Source: Ostreococcus lucimarinus
Lineage: Eukaryota
Strand: one strand, 5' to 3'
Assembly: GCA_000092065.1 (NCBI GenBank)
Contig: CP000593.1
Length of the DNA: 64,000 bases
Part shown: positions 37,944 through 47,235 of the stretch, one piece after another
How the letters are laid out: every line of letters starts with the position of its first letter
Numbering within the stretch: position 1 is the first letter of the stretch
The notes under the pieces: model-generated
The model's input: the letters and a program-made list of their open reading frames with translations, nothing else
What the model was told of the DNA's origin: nothing
Databases searched by the model: none
Program-made: the position numbers and the translations under genes

Positions 37944-39248
37944 ATGGCGACGGTCGAACCGGAGACGAAGCGATTGAAGACGGAGGATGGGGAGAAGGAA
38001 AACGTCGCGCTCAACACGGGGAACGTGGGGAAGGCGCGGGTGAAGAGCTTGATGTATAGGTATTATAAACAATTTTACCCGGCGGATCTGTTGTTCAAGT
38101 GGTTGGCGCACGGAAACGACGAACGACACGCGAGGGCGGAGAAGACGTACCCGAGCCGGCGGGAGTTTTGTTTCGTGCTGGATAAGGAACAAGAAGAGGG
38201 CGGGGGAGAGATTTTTGCGCGGTATCAGAGTTTCGTGGACGCGAAGGATTTTAAGACAAACGTGGAGCGGAAAAAGCCGGCGCGCATCGAATTCGGGCCG
38301 ATTTGTAACCGCAGACCGTCCGACAGGCACACGGTGGAGTTAAAACCGGAGGAGCGGGAGTTGGTTTTTGATATCGATATGACGGATTACGACGACGTGC
38401 GGACGTGCTGCAAGGAGGCTGGGATCTGTGGAAAGTGCTGGCCGTTGATGACGGTGGCGCTCAAGGTGCTCGACGTCGGCTTGCGCGAGGATTTCGGTTT
38501 CAAGCACTTGTTGTGGGTCTATTCCGGTCGTCGCGGTATTCACTGCTGGATCAGCGATGAGCGCGCGAGAAAGTTGAGCGACGAAGCTCGCTCTGCGGTT
38601 GCCGAGTATTTCGCCGTCGTCAAGGGCGAGGGTCAGGGGCGCCGCGTGTTGTCGTCGACGCCGATGCACCCTTCGGTGAAGCGCGCGTACGACGGCGTCT
38701 TGAAACAATATTGGATCGAGTCGTACTTGCCCACGCAGCGAATTCTCGAGGACAAAACCAAGCTCGAGCAACTCCTCAATCTGATTCCCGACGAAAACAT
38801 TAGAGAGGATCTCGCGTCGGAGTTTGCGACGAGTTCGCTCAACTCGGTCGACCGCTGGGGTGTCATCGAGCGCCGCGTGCAAGACTCTTTGAAGAAAAAT
38901 AATTACAAGCTTACCGGTGCGCTCGAAAAGATAATCCTCTGGCACATCTACCCTCGAGTCGATATCGAGGTGTCTAGACACATGAATCACTTGTTGAAGG
39001 GTCCGTTTTGCGTTCACCCAAAAACTGGGCGTGTGTGCGTGCCCATGGATCCCGCCACCGCGGATTCCTTCAATCCGGAACTCGTGCCCACCGTCGTCGA
39101 TCTGGATTCCGGTGCGCAAACCTTAGACGGGGCGATCAAAACTTTTAACGACACGTTCTGGAACGCGTGCGCGAGGGAAAACATCGAGCGGCTCACCGCA
39201 AAGACGCGTCAAGCCAAGGCGGAGCAACAGTCTGGGATGGAATTCTAA
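37944..39248 (+). CDS. PRIM1: DNA primase small (catalytic) subunit, PRIM1/Pri1
   Basis: About 434 aa from ATG 37944 (MATVEPETKRLK…). The eukaryotic PriS blocks are FKHLLWVYSGRRGIHCWISDERARKL, ELVFDIDMTDYDD and HLLKGPFCVHPKTGRVCVPMD. The upstream 99 codons of the ORF-track ORF are Arg-rich promoter sequence. Confidence 0.85.
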   Translation: MATVEPETKRLKTEDGEKENVALNTGNVGKARVKSLMYRYYKQFYPADLLFKWLAHGNDERHARAEKTYPSRREFCFVLDKEQEEGGGEIFARYQSFVDAKDFKTNVERKKPARIEFGPICNRRPSDRHTVELKPEERELVFDIDMTDYDDVRTCCKEAGICGKCWPLMTVALKVLDVGLREDFGFKHLLWVYSGRRGIHCWISDERARKLSDEARSAVAEYFAVVKGEGQGRRVLSSTPMHPSVKRAYDGVLKQYWIESYLPTQRILEDKTKLEQLLNLIPDENIREDLASEFATSSLNSVDRWGVIERRVQDSLKKNNYKLTGALEKIILWHIYPRVDIEVSRHMNHLLKGPFCVHPKTGRVCVPMDPATADSFNPELVPTVVDLDSGAQTLDGAIKTFNDTFWNACARENIERLTAKTRQAKAEQQSGMEF

Positions 39249-39260
39249 ATGATGAACTTG

Positions 39261-39265
39261 TGTAA
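39261..39265 (+). promoter_or_regulatory. TGTAA putative poly(A) signal after the primase gene
   Basis: The sequence gaactTGTGTAAttgaaag. Confidence 0.35.
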
Positions 39266-39308
39266 TTGAAAGAGAAAGATTTCGTTAAATTAATTGAATA
39301 GTACTTAA

Positions 39309-40445
39309 TTATGGCGCGTTTCTCGCGAGCGACCACTTATCGTCGTCGTCGTCGTCGTCTTGGCTCACAGGCGTCAATTCTATCGACATTAAGCGTTCGC
39401 TCGAACTCAACACCTCTTGCCACGTCGGCGGCTTGCTCTTGTCAAAGTACACGTTCTCGACCACGGTTGTGTCCCAACTCTCCCCCGTAGTGCTGTTCCC
39501 AAACTTTCGCACGCTACCATCGGGGGATAACACTTCTCCCCACGTCCGGCTGAACCGTTCGCCATCTTCACCGACGCGCCACGTCTCCCCGCTCTTGCGT
39601 CCGCTGCCAATCTTGCTTCGGCGCTCTTCCCATTTATCGCCCCATCGCATCCCCATGCCGTTCTCCGCCCACTTATCCGTCCACTTCAGCGTCGCGCCCT
39701 CGCCATCGTACTGCTCTCCCCACTTCTCCCACCACGCCTGTCGAACCTCTCGCCCGCTCTTTTCCACCCCTCGCTCGACGGCGCCGTTGGCGTAGTACCG
39801 CTCCCACCACTTCTCCTGCCACTCCTTACTCTGCGCGTCTCGCGCCCACTTATCGGCGCTCCTCTCGATGTGTTCGACGCCCGTAAAATCATCCCGGCAA
39901 TAGATCTCTCGCCACGTCTCCCACCACGTCTCACCCGTGTCGTTAAATCCGCTCTTCTCGAACCCGAGCTCCTTGTAACCGCTAAAATCGCACTTCGCCC
40001 ACCGCGTCTCGCTCGATCCGCTTCGCCCATCCGGGCAATCTCTCTTCGTCGTCCACCACCTCGACTGATACCCACCTTCTCCACGATCGAATCCTCGCTT
40101 TCGCGTCGTCTTCATTCCTCCCTTCTCCTCCACGGACGTCGACGTTTCCCGGTTTCCGCCTCGCGCGCCGTCCTCGCTCGCGCCCGCCGCGCCGTCGTCC
40201 TCGTCGTCCGCGTCCTCGAACGCCTCGTCCTCTTTCGCGATCCCCGTGTCGCGCTGCGGCGGTTTCGCGCGCGTTCGCACGTCTCCTCGCGGTGCGTCGC
40301 CGCCGCAGACGCGTCCGCGGCGCGCGCGCGCGTCGATCGCGCGCGTCGATCGCGCGCCGCGCGATCGCGTCGTCGTCGTCGTCGCGCGTTCACGGCGCGT
40401 CGCCGCGGCGCGCGGAGACGCGCGGCGGAGCGACGCGATCGTCAT
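39309..40445 (-). CDS. Tryptophan-rich repeat protein with a transit-peptide-like N-terminus (plastid-type; ESV1/LESV-like is a speculative assignment)
   Basis: ORF 39309-41168 overlaps the 3' end of the upstream helicase gene, so ATG 40445 is used (MTIASLRRASPRAAATRRERATTTTTRSRGARS…). The C-terminal about 230 aa contain a roughly 14-15-aa periodic motif G-x(3-5)-W-x(2)-K-W-x-E (WWETWREIY, WQEKWWERYY, AWWEKWGEQYDG, KWTDKWAENG, RWGDKWEERR, TWRVGEDG, RTWGEV). It ends in poly-Asp. Confidence 0.55.
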   Translation of the reverse strand: MTIASLRRASPRAAATRRERATTTTTRSRGARSTRAIDARARRGRVCGGDAPRGDVRTRAKPPQRDTGIAKEDEAFEDADDEDDGAAGASEDGARGGNRETSTSVEEKGGMKTTRKRGFDRGEGGYQSRWWTTKRDCPDGRSGSSETRWAKCDFSGYKELGFEKSGFNDTGETWWETWREIYCRDDFTGVEHIERSADKWARDAQSKEWQEKWWERYYANGAVERGVEKSGREVRQAWWEKWGEQYDGEGATLKWTDKWAENGMGMRWGDKWEERRSKIGSGRKSGETWRVGEDGERFSRTWGEVLSPDGSVRKFGNSTTGESWDTTVVENVYFDKSKPPTWQEVLSSSERLMSIELTPVSQDDDDDDDKWSLARNAP

Positions 40446-40639
40446 CTCGTCGCGCGACCGGGTCGCGCGATCGCGGCGCGCCGGGCTGTGCGGACGCGCG
40501 ATCGCGTCATCGTGTCGGTTGGGCGCGCGCGGGCGCCGGCGCGAGACGGATTCGCGGCGCGCCGACGAGGGGACGAAGCGACGAGACGAAGGCGCGGATG
40601 CGGACGAAATCGACGGAATGAGGGAGATGCGCGACAAAA

Positions 40640-43129
40640 CTACTTTCTGCGGTACTTGCTGGCGCTCTTGAACTTGCCGCGGGCGGTCTTGAAGGGCTTG
40701 GCGGGGGCGCCCGGGCTCGCGCCGCGAAATCCTCCGCGGAAATCGGCGCCGCGGCCGGAGGATTGGACGCGCGCGTCGTCGTCGTCGTGGACGTCGGCGC
40801 GCGCGGCGCGCTTGGCCTTGGCCTTGGGATCGCGCGCGTTTTTGACCATGCGGACGACTTTGGTGGCGACGCCGCCGGTCAAGCGGGCCTCGCGTTCGAT
40901 GGCTTTGACGGATTTGACGCCCTTGGTCACGCGAAAGCCGCCTCGAGGGGTGTCGTCGTCGCCGCGCTCCTTTTTGTATAGCGCCTGTTGCGCGAGTTTG
41001 CGTCGCGCGCGCTTGCTGTCGGGTAAACGATCGGGACCGGCCGCTTCCTGTCGGCGCTTGGCGCCCTTGCGGTGAGACTTTCGATCCATCAAGTCCATTT
41101 CGGCTGTTTCCATCGCCTTGAGCGCGTCTTTTTGCGCGTTGCGTTTGTCGCGTTCGCTCTGGAACCATGTCTTCGCCGGTCGCGATTTGATCTCAGCCGC
41201 GTGCTCGAGAATGTTCGAAGCCTTATTTGCCTCCATTTCGGCCTTTTGAAGCTGACGTTCGGTGCGCTCTTCGTAGTTGATTTGCACAATTTGCTCCTCC
41301 ATATCCTCGATTTTCTTGTGCCACTCGGCGACGATGTTCCCGGGCACGATTCGCGCTTTGAGGTTCGCCCCTCGTTTTGCTATGGTTTTGACTAGTTTAC
41401 GATCGGATTCTTCCATGAAGGTCAACGCCGTGCCTTTCTTCCCCGCGCGCGCTGTGCGCCCGACTCGGTGTAAATAGCTCGCCAAAGTCTTCGGCGCGTC
41501 GAACGAAATCACCGCGTCGACGGATGGAATATCCAAGCCTCTGGCGGCGACGTCTGTGGCGATCAAATGCGTGACTGTGCCCGTCCTAAATTCATCGAGC
41601 GCTGCTAAGCGCTGCGTCTGCGTCATGTCCCCGTGTAACTCACCCGCTTTGATGTCGCTTAAACCCATGATGATCTTCAAACGATGCGCCTCTTGCTTGG
41701 TTTGGGAAAATATAATGGTCGACTTGTCGTAAGAACGACTCACAATGGCCATCAAGAACGCCTCTTTCTGAGCACTTTGGTTAGGTTTGAGCTTTAACAC
41801 TTCCTCCACCAACCGCTTGGGCGTCGTGCCGAGCGTGTCCGCGGAAAGCCTCGCCGGATTCTTCATCGAAAGACTCGCCAGCGCCTCGACGCCGGCGGTG
41901 AGCGTGGCGCTGAATAATAACGTTTGGCGCTTCTTCGGGCATTGTCGAACAATTTCTTTGATCTCTTCCAAGAATCCCATCTCCAGCAAACGATCGGCTT
42001 CGTCTAAAATCAACGTCGCGAGATCTTCTAGCCCAAACGAGTGCGTGTTTCGCACGTGGTCGATGACGCGACCGGGCGTCGCCACGACAATTTCGGGTCG
42101 AGTGCGCAGCGCAGCTGCTTGCACGTTCGCCGACAATCCACCGACGACGAGCACGGCTCGAATTGTTGTAAACTGCGCGAGACTTTCCGTCATTTGATGC
42201 ACCTGAACCGCAAGTTCGCGCGTCGGCACCAAGACCAACACGTGCGTCGCCGCCGCCGGCCTCGGTCCTCGATGTAACATCCGCTCCAACTGCGGCAGCA
42301 TAAACGCCGCCGTCTTCCCGCTCCCCGTTACCGCTCGCCCGCAGACGTCGCGACCAGTCATCGCGATCGGAATCACCGCCGCCTGAATCGGTGTCGGTTT
42401 CTTATACCCGAGCGCCTCGCACGCTCGCGTCAGCGGCCGCGACAGGTGCAACTCGTCGAACGCCTTCGCGTCGAACGTCGTGTCCCCTTTCGCCCCCTTG
42501 ACGACCGCGCGCTCTTGAAACCCATCCTCCGACTCGGAATCACTCTCCGACGACGTCGCCGTCGCCGTGGGCGTCTTTGCTTTCTCGTCCTTCGCCGCGT
42601 CTTCCTCGCGCGCCTCGCGCTCTTCCTCGCCTTCGCTCGTCCCATCCTCCTCTTCCTCCTCGCGCTCGCGCTCGCGCTCGCGCTCGCTCTCGCTCTCGTC
42701 GTCGTCATCATCACCGCTCTCGCTCTCCTCACCACTCTCGCTGTCTCCACTGACGCTCGCGTCGTCATCCGTCTCGCCGTCGTCCTCGCCCGGCAGCGGC
42801 GCGTCCTCCGAGTCGCTCCCGTACTCGTCCTCCGACCCACCCGCGCTCGCGCTCCCTCGCCTCCCGCGCCCTCTCGCCCGCGCGATCTTCTCGTCCACGC
42901 TCGTCATCTTGTTCGCTCGCAGCTCGCGCGCGCGCGCCTCGCGCGCGTCGCCAAAGTTCCACGCCTCGGTCGCCGCGCGTCCGCCGCCGCCGCCGCCGCG
43001 TCCCTTCGTCGCTCGTCCCGCGCGCGTCCCGCGCCCGTCGTCGTCGTCCGACGCGTCGAACGTGAACGAGGGGTTAAACTCGACGTCGCTCCCGTCCGCG
43101 TCCGCGTCGGCGGTCGACGCGCGCGGCAT
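40640..43129 (-). CDS. DEAD-box ATP-dependent RNA helicase, DDX27/Drs1-like
   Basis: The motifs are Q (FDELHLSRPLTRA…PTPIQ), I (AVTGSGKT), Ia (PTRELA), II (DEAD), III (SAT) and VI (HRVGRTARAG). A long acidic N-terminal region and a basic C-terminal tail flank the core. The ORF opens at 43192 (GTG); the first ATG is at about 43129. Confidence 0.85.
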   Translation of the reverse strand: MPRASTADADADGSDVEFNPSFTFDASDDDDGRGTRAGRATKGRGGGGGGRAATEAWNFGDAREARARELRANKMTSVDEKIARARGRGRRGSASAGGSEDEYGSDSEDAPLPGEDDGETDDDASVSGDSESGEESESGDDDDDESESEREREREREEEEEDGTSEGEEEREAREEDAAKDEKAKTPTATATSSESDSESEDGFQERAVVKGAKGDTTFDAKAFDELHLSRPLTRACEALGYKKPTPIQAAVIPIAMTGRDVCGRAVTGSGKTAAFMLPQLERMLHRGPRPAAATHVLVLVPTRELAVQVHQMTESLAQFTTIRAVLVVGGLSANVQAAALRTRPEIVVATPGRVIDHVRNTHSFGLEDLATLILDEADRLLEMGFLEEIKEIVRQCPKKRQTLLFSATLTAGVEALASLSMKNPARLSADTLGTTPKRLVEEVLKLKPNQSAQKEAFLMAIVSRSYDKSTIIFSQTKQEAHRLKIIMGLSDIKAGELHGDMTQTQRLAALDEFRTGTVTHLIATDVAARGLDIPSVDAVISFDAPKTLASYLHRVGRTARAGKKGTALTFMEESDRKLVKTIAKRGANLKARIVPGNIVAEWHKKIEDMEEQIVQINYEERTERQLQKAEMEANKASNILEHAAEIKSRPAKTWFQSERDKRNAQKDALKAMETAEMDLMDRKSHRKGAKRRQEAAGPDRLPDSKRARRKLAQQALYKKERGDDDTPRGGFRVTKGVKSVKAIEREARLTGGVATKVVRMVKNARDPKAKAKRAARADVHDDDDARVQSSGRGADFRGGFRGASPGAPAKPFKTARGKFKSASKYRRK

Positions 43130-43209
43130 TTCGAGTTTTCGTCGCGTCGCCAAGTGTCGCGAGGGGGCGGCGCTCGCGGCGCGTCGCGACACTTCGCGAC
43201 GCGGCCGCG

Positions 43210-44331
43210 ATGGCGCGCGACGCGCCGAAGAGCGCGATCCCGGCGATGTGCGCGCACGTCGCGTTCGGCGTGTGTTACTTTCTCACGGCGCAGCGCGTGT
43301 TGGACGCGCGATTGGTGTCGCCGGAGGCGCAGCCGTTGACGGGCATGATTTACGCGAGCGACGCCGCGAGCGCGAGCGCGGGCGTCCTGATGGCGCGATT
43401 ACGCGCGAGAAGAGACGGGCGAGTGACGGCGACGGCGAGGCGCGCGGGAAAGTTCCCGCGCGCGGCGCTGTTGCTGCCGGTGTTTGATTTGTTTGGGCTG
43501 ACGTGCGCGTTCGAGGCGATGCGAGCGCTCGGGGGACCGCTGTACCAAACCATCTCTGGGTTGCTCATTCCGCTCTCGGCGTTGCTGTCGAAGGTGGTGC
43601 TGAAACGCACGTTCACTAAGGGGCAGATTGGGGCGATCGCGGTGGTGATTTGTGGGCTGGCGGTGAAGGCGAAGGACGTGGCGGACGAGGCGGCGAGGCG
43701 CGGGACGGCGATCGACGCGAGGGGGATCTTGATCGCGAACGCGGCGACGGTGAGTTATGGGTTTCGGGGATTGGTCATGGAATACCTGAGCGCGTCGAAA
43801 TCGAGTCTGAGCGGGAACGCGCAGACGATGCTGATGGGAACGTGCGGGTTGGCGGCGTTTGCGATTTACACGCTCGCGAGGACGGCGCGCGATATGGACG
43901 GGATGGTATGGGCGTATTACAACGCCTCGCCGCGAGATGTGTCATCGATTTTAAAGGTGCACCTAGGAAACATGCTCAGTCGGGCGTTCATGGTGAAGAT
44001 GATGATGGCTGTCGTCGCCAGAGCGGGCGCCACGCAGTTGGCGCTCTCGAACGCGATTCGCAGCGTCGGCGTCATCGCGTTTTCGCACGTCTTATTTTGC
44101 TCGGACGACGCGAGACAGTGTTTGAGTTACAATGGCGCCATCAGCGCCGTCATGGTTGTCACCGGCGGTCTCGCGTACGCGATGAGTGGGAAGCCGAAAA
44201 CCGCCGCCGCCGCCGCGCCCAAAACGGCTCGCGCGAGAAAAACCACAGTCGCCGTCGCGCGCGCCGACGCAAAACCGACAGCGTCACCCTCTTCGACCGT
44301 CCGTCGCCGCTCCGCGCGTCGAGGATCGTGA
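43210..44331 (+). CDS. Drug/metabolite-transporter (DMT) superfamily membrane protein (nucleotide-sugar/SLC35-like), tentative
   Basis: 373 aa with about 8-10 hydrophobic helices in two halves and a C-terminal Lys/Ala-rich tail. It is divergent from the helicase gene with an <100-bp spacer. Confidence 0.55.
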   Translation: MARDAPKSAIPAMCAHVAFGVCYFLTAQRVLDARLVSPEAQPLTGMIYASDAASASAGVLMARLRARRDGRVTATARRAGKFPRAALLLPVFDLFGLTCAFEAMRALGGPLYQTISGLLIPLSALLSKVVLKRTFTKGQIGAIAVVICGLAVKAKDVADEAARRGTAIDARGILIANAATVSYGFRGLVMEYLSASKSSLSGNAQTMLMGTCGLAAFAIYTLARTARDMDGMVWAYYNASPRDVSSILKVHLGNMLSRAFMVKMMMAVVARAGATQLALSNAIRSVGVIAFSHVLFCSDDARQCLSYNGAISAVMVVTGGLAYAMSGKPKTAAAAAPKTARARKTTVAVARADAKPTASPSSTVRRRSARRGS

Positions 44332-44508
44332 AATCTCGCTCGAAACATTCAATGCCACTAATCACGCACATTTCCTAACAATGTTCGTCGCGTCGCCCGA
44401 TCTCGCCGATGTCGTCGTTCTCGGTCTCGAACGAGCCTGGCACCAGCCTCACACCGCGCCGCACGTTCACGCCCGACTCGAAACGACCGCCGAGCGAAAC
44501 GAAACGAC

Positions 44509-45290
44509 ATGCCTCCCAATCGCGATTTCGCCACTCGCACCGCCCGTCGCGCGCCGCGCGCGTCCCGAACCACGCATCTTCTGGCGTTCGCGTTTGCGCT
44601 CGCCTCGTCGCGGCGCGGCGCCGCGCGCGCGGAAGACGGACTCGGTTGGCGCGAAGGCGGGACGGCCACGTGGTACGGCGGACCGAATGGTCCAGGCCCC
44701 GACGGCATGTCGATTTATACCGGGAGCTGTAAATACGGCTCGAACATTCCGAGTCACTACGTGGCCGCGTTGAATACCGACGGTACGTTGAACACCGACG
44801 CTGCTGCGTGGAATTTCAACTCTGAAAACATAAACTGCGCAGGTGGATACGATCACGGGCTCACGGACGAGTGCGGCGCGTGTTATGAAGTGATGTGCGT
44901 CGCGGGTCGGCAGCGAGGACTGGCCGACAGCGCGCTCGGCCCGTGGGCGGGCTGCGCGAACGGCGACGGCGAGAAATCGATCACAGTGCTAATCACAGAC
45001 AGTTGCCCGTGTGGCCATCCAAATCCGAGGTGAGGAAATTCGTCGGTGTCGCAATTTCTCGATCGATAAAAATTCGATCAATCTTTTGCGGCGCGCGCTC
45101 GAGACTGACGAACACGTGTTCACGCGTCAGTAATCAACGATGGTGCTGCGGTGGCGAACAAAACGCGCGCCACTTTGATTTGAGCTACGCGGCGTTCGAT
45201 TCCATCGCGATCAGGCACCGCGGCATCGTCGACGTCAAATATCGTAAAGTGAGTTGCGATGGGCTAGGACAAGAAAAGTATTATGCGTGA
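44509..45290 (+). CDS. Expansin/EG45-like double-psi beta-barrel (DPBB) secreted protein; two exons (44509-45029 and 45131-45290)
   Basis: Exon 1: signal-like LLAFAFALASS, then GTATWYGGPNGPGPDG…CGACYEVMC…ITDSCPCGHPNP. Exon 2: …NQRWCCGGEQNARHFDLSYAAFDSIAI…GIVDVKYRKVSCDG. Joined, they reproduce the expansin domain-1 pattern (ITD.CP…WC…HFDLS..AF..IA…G.V.V.Y.RV.C). The exon 1 ORF ends in TGA, which lies inside the intron. Confidence 0.75.
45030..45130 (+). other. Spliceosomal intron (101 nt, GTGAGG…CAG, phase 2) in the expansin-like gene
   Basis: The donor is ag|gtgagg. The branch-point-like motif GAGACTGACGAA lies about 24 nt before the acceptor cgcgtcag. The split codon ag|t encodes Ser. Confidence 0.7.
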
Positions 45291-45588
45291 CGTCGAGGAA
45301 TGCCCCGCGCGCCCTTTTGTATACTACGCCGCGCGCAAACGACGCGAGCAGCGTCCCGCTCAACGATACGCGTGAAATGATTTAGAGTGAAACGGCGCTG
45401 GGTTGCTTGCTCGCTCGCTTGTTTGATTTGTGTTGTTTCTTCTGTTTGTGATGATGATTTTGATTTTCGATGTAGATGCGCGTTGATTATTGGGCTTGGA
45501 ACGTTTCGCAGTCTCGCCGATTCGACGGTTGGGCTCGCGCGCCGCGTGATGGGCGTCAGAGTCCCGCGCGTGCGCGTCGGCGTGCGTC

Positions 45589-47151
45589 ATGTCGCGACTC
45601 GCGCGACGTCTCGCGACGTTCGCACGCGATGCACACGCGTCGTGCGCGCGCGTAGATCTTCCGCACGCGCTCGCGCTTCGCGCATCCTCATCCGCCGCCG
45701 GGCCGAGTCCGCGGCGATTCGCCGTCGTCGGCAGCGGTCCCGCGGGCATGTACGCCGTCTTGGCGCTCACGAAGACGTTCGATGGCGCAAAAGTAGACGT
45801 GTTCGAACGCTACCCCGCGCCATTCGGTTTGGTGCGCTACGGTGTCGCGCCCGACCACGCGGAGACGAAGCTCGTGACGAACAAGTTTCATGAAACGCTC
45901 ACGACGCGAGACGACGTCGCGTTTTACGGCAACGTCCAACTCGGGCGAGACGTGAGTTTAGGAGAACTTTATGATAGCTACCACGGCGTCGTGCTCGCGT
46001 GCGGGACGAGCGGAGACAGACGTTTGGAGGTACCGGGAGAGGGCGAACACCGAGGCGTGCTCGGAGCGAGAGAGTTCGTCGCGTGGTTCAACGGCGATCC
46101 CGAACACGGGCCGCAGAGCGCGACGCACGCGGCGGTAGTGGAGGCTTTGCGTAGTCGTGATGGTGATGCACACGTGGCGGTGATCGGGGTCGGGAACGTC
46201 GCCATCGATTGCGCGCGGGTGTTGTTACGAGACGCGGATGCGCTCGCGGGGACGGATATTTGCGAGCACGCGCTGGAGGTGCTGCGCGCCCATCCCGTGC
46301 GCGCCGTGTCCGTGATCGGGCGACGCGGGGTAGCGCAAGCTTCATTTTCACCGAAGGAGTTGCGCGAGCTGTTGAATTTGCGGAACGTAAGAGTGGTGAT
46401 TTCGGACGAGAACCTCACGCTGGAGCCCGAAGACGAAGCCGAGTTGGCGGAGAACAGACCGCGGCGGCGAGCGCACGAGGCGTTCGTCAAGAGAAAGACC
46501 GCAGGGGAGTGTGCGAGCGAGGATGGATGCACAAAAATACTCAATGTGCGATTTCTCGCAAGTCCACTAGCGTTCGGGGGTGAAAATGGTGTGTTGAGTT
46601 GGATGAAGCTCGGTAGGAACGAACTCGTCGGCGCCGCCGGCGCGCGAAAATCCATCGCATCTGGCGAAACGGAGATGGTTCCCACCGCCTTAGCGCTGCG
46701 TTCAGTGGGATATCGTGCAGAACCGATTCAAATGACCGTCAAAGACGAATCCTTGACTCAATTGCGACTGCCATTCGACGAAAAGAATCGCGTTGTGCCA
46801 AACGCGTACGGCGCCGTCGCCGTCTCGGCGGATTCCGCCGATACCATTCCTCGTCTCTACGTCACCGGCTGGCTCAAACGCGGACCAACAGGAATCATCG
46901 GCACCAATCTCACGTGTGCCGACGAAACTATCGCAAAAATGGCTGCCGATTTCGCCGTCGCCCCACCTCCCGATCCTGTCGAGGACGGCGTCGACCGCCT
47001 CCTCGAGAAGCGCGGCGTCCGCGTCGTGCGCGCCGCCGACTGGATTCAAATCGATCGCCTCGAGCGCGAGCGCGGCGCTGCGCGCGGAAAACCACGAGAA
47101 AAGTTTGTCTCCACAGCCGACGCTCTCAAGGCGATCGACCGTAGCTTGTAA
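45589..47151 (+). CDS. FDXR: NADPH:adrenodoxin oxidoreductase (mitochondrial ferredoxin-NADP+ reductase, ARH1/FDXR-like)
   Basis: The motifs are FAVVGSGPAGMYAVLAL (FAD GxGxxG), VFERYPAPFGLVRYGVAPDH and a second dinucleotide fold VAVIGVGNVAIDCARVL. An Arg/Ala-rich presequence precedes them. Confidence 0.85.
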   Translation: MSRLARRLATFARDAHASCARVDLPHALALRASSSAAGPSPRRFAVVGSGPAGMYAVLALTKTFDGAKVDVFERYPAPFGLVRYGVAPDHAETKLVTNKFHETLTTRDDVAFYGNVQLGRDVSLGELYDSYHGVVLACGTSGDRRLEVPGEGEHRGVLGAREFVAWFNGDPEHGPQSATHAAVVEALRSRDGDAHVAVIGVGNVAIDCARVLLRDADALAGTDICEHALEVLRAHPVRAVSVIGRRGVAQASFSPKELRELLNLRNVRVVISDENLTLEPEDEAELAENRPRRRAHEAFVKRKTAGECASEDGCTKILNVRFLASPLAFGGENGVLSWMKLGRNELVGAAGARKSIASGETEMVPTALALRSVGYRAEPIQMTVKDESLTQLRLPFDEKNRVVPNAYGAVAVSADSADTIPRLYVTGWLKRGPTGIIGTNLTCADETIAKMAADFAVAPPPDPVEDGVDRLLEKRGVRVVRAADWIQIDRLERERGAARGKPREKFVSTADALKAIDRSL

Positions 47152-47235
47152 CGCATTGATTGTTTAGTCTCGCGAGTCGTCGCGTCCCCGCGGCTGGTGA
47201 CGCCACAATCGCGCGACCTTCACGCCTCGGTGCGC

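Noticed and set aside
40446-41168. Upstream 241 codons of the W-repeat protein ORF overlapping the 3' end of the DEAD-box helicase gene
   Set aside because: The helicase C-terminus (basic tail to 40640) is well supported. The overlapping frame is Pro/Arg/Gln-rich with no features, so the W-repeat gene is started at ATG 40445.
45029-45033. TGA terminating the expansin-like exon 1 ORF, considered as a possible selenocysteine codon (prasinophytes are selenoprotein-rich)
   Set aside because: The TGA lies within a canonical GTGAGG donor. A 101-nt intron with a consensus branch point joins perfectly to the conserved HFDLS-containing second exon. No SECIS-like structure was sought or needed.
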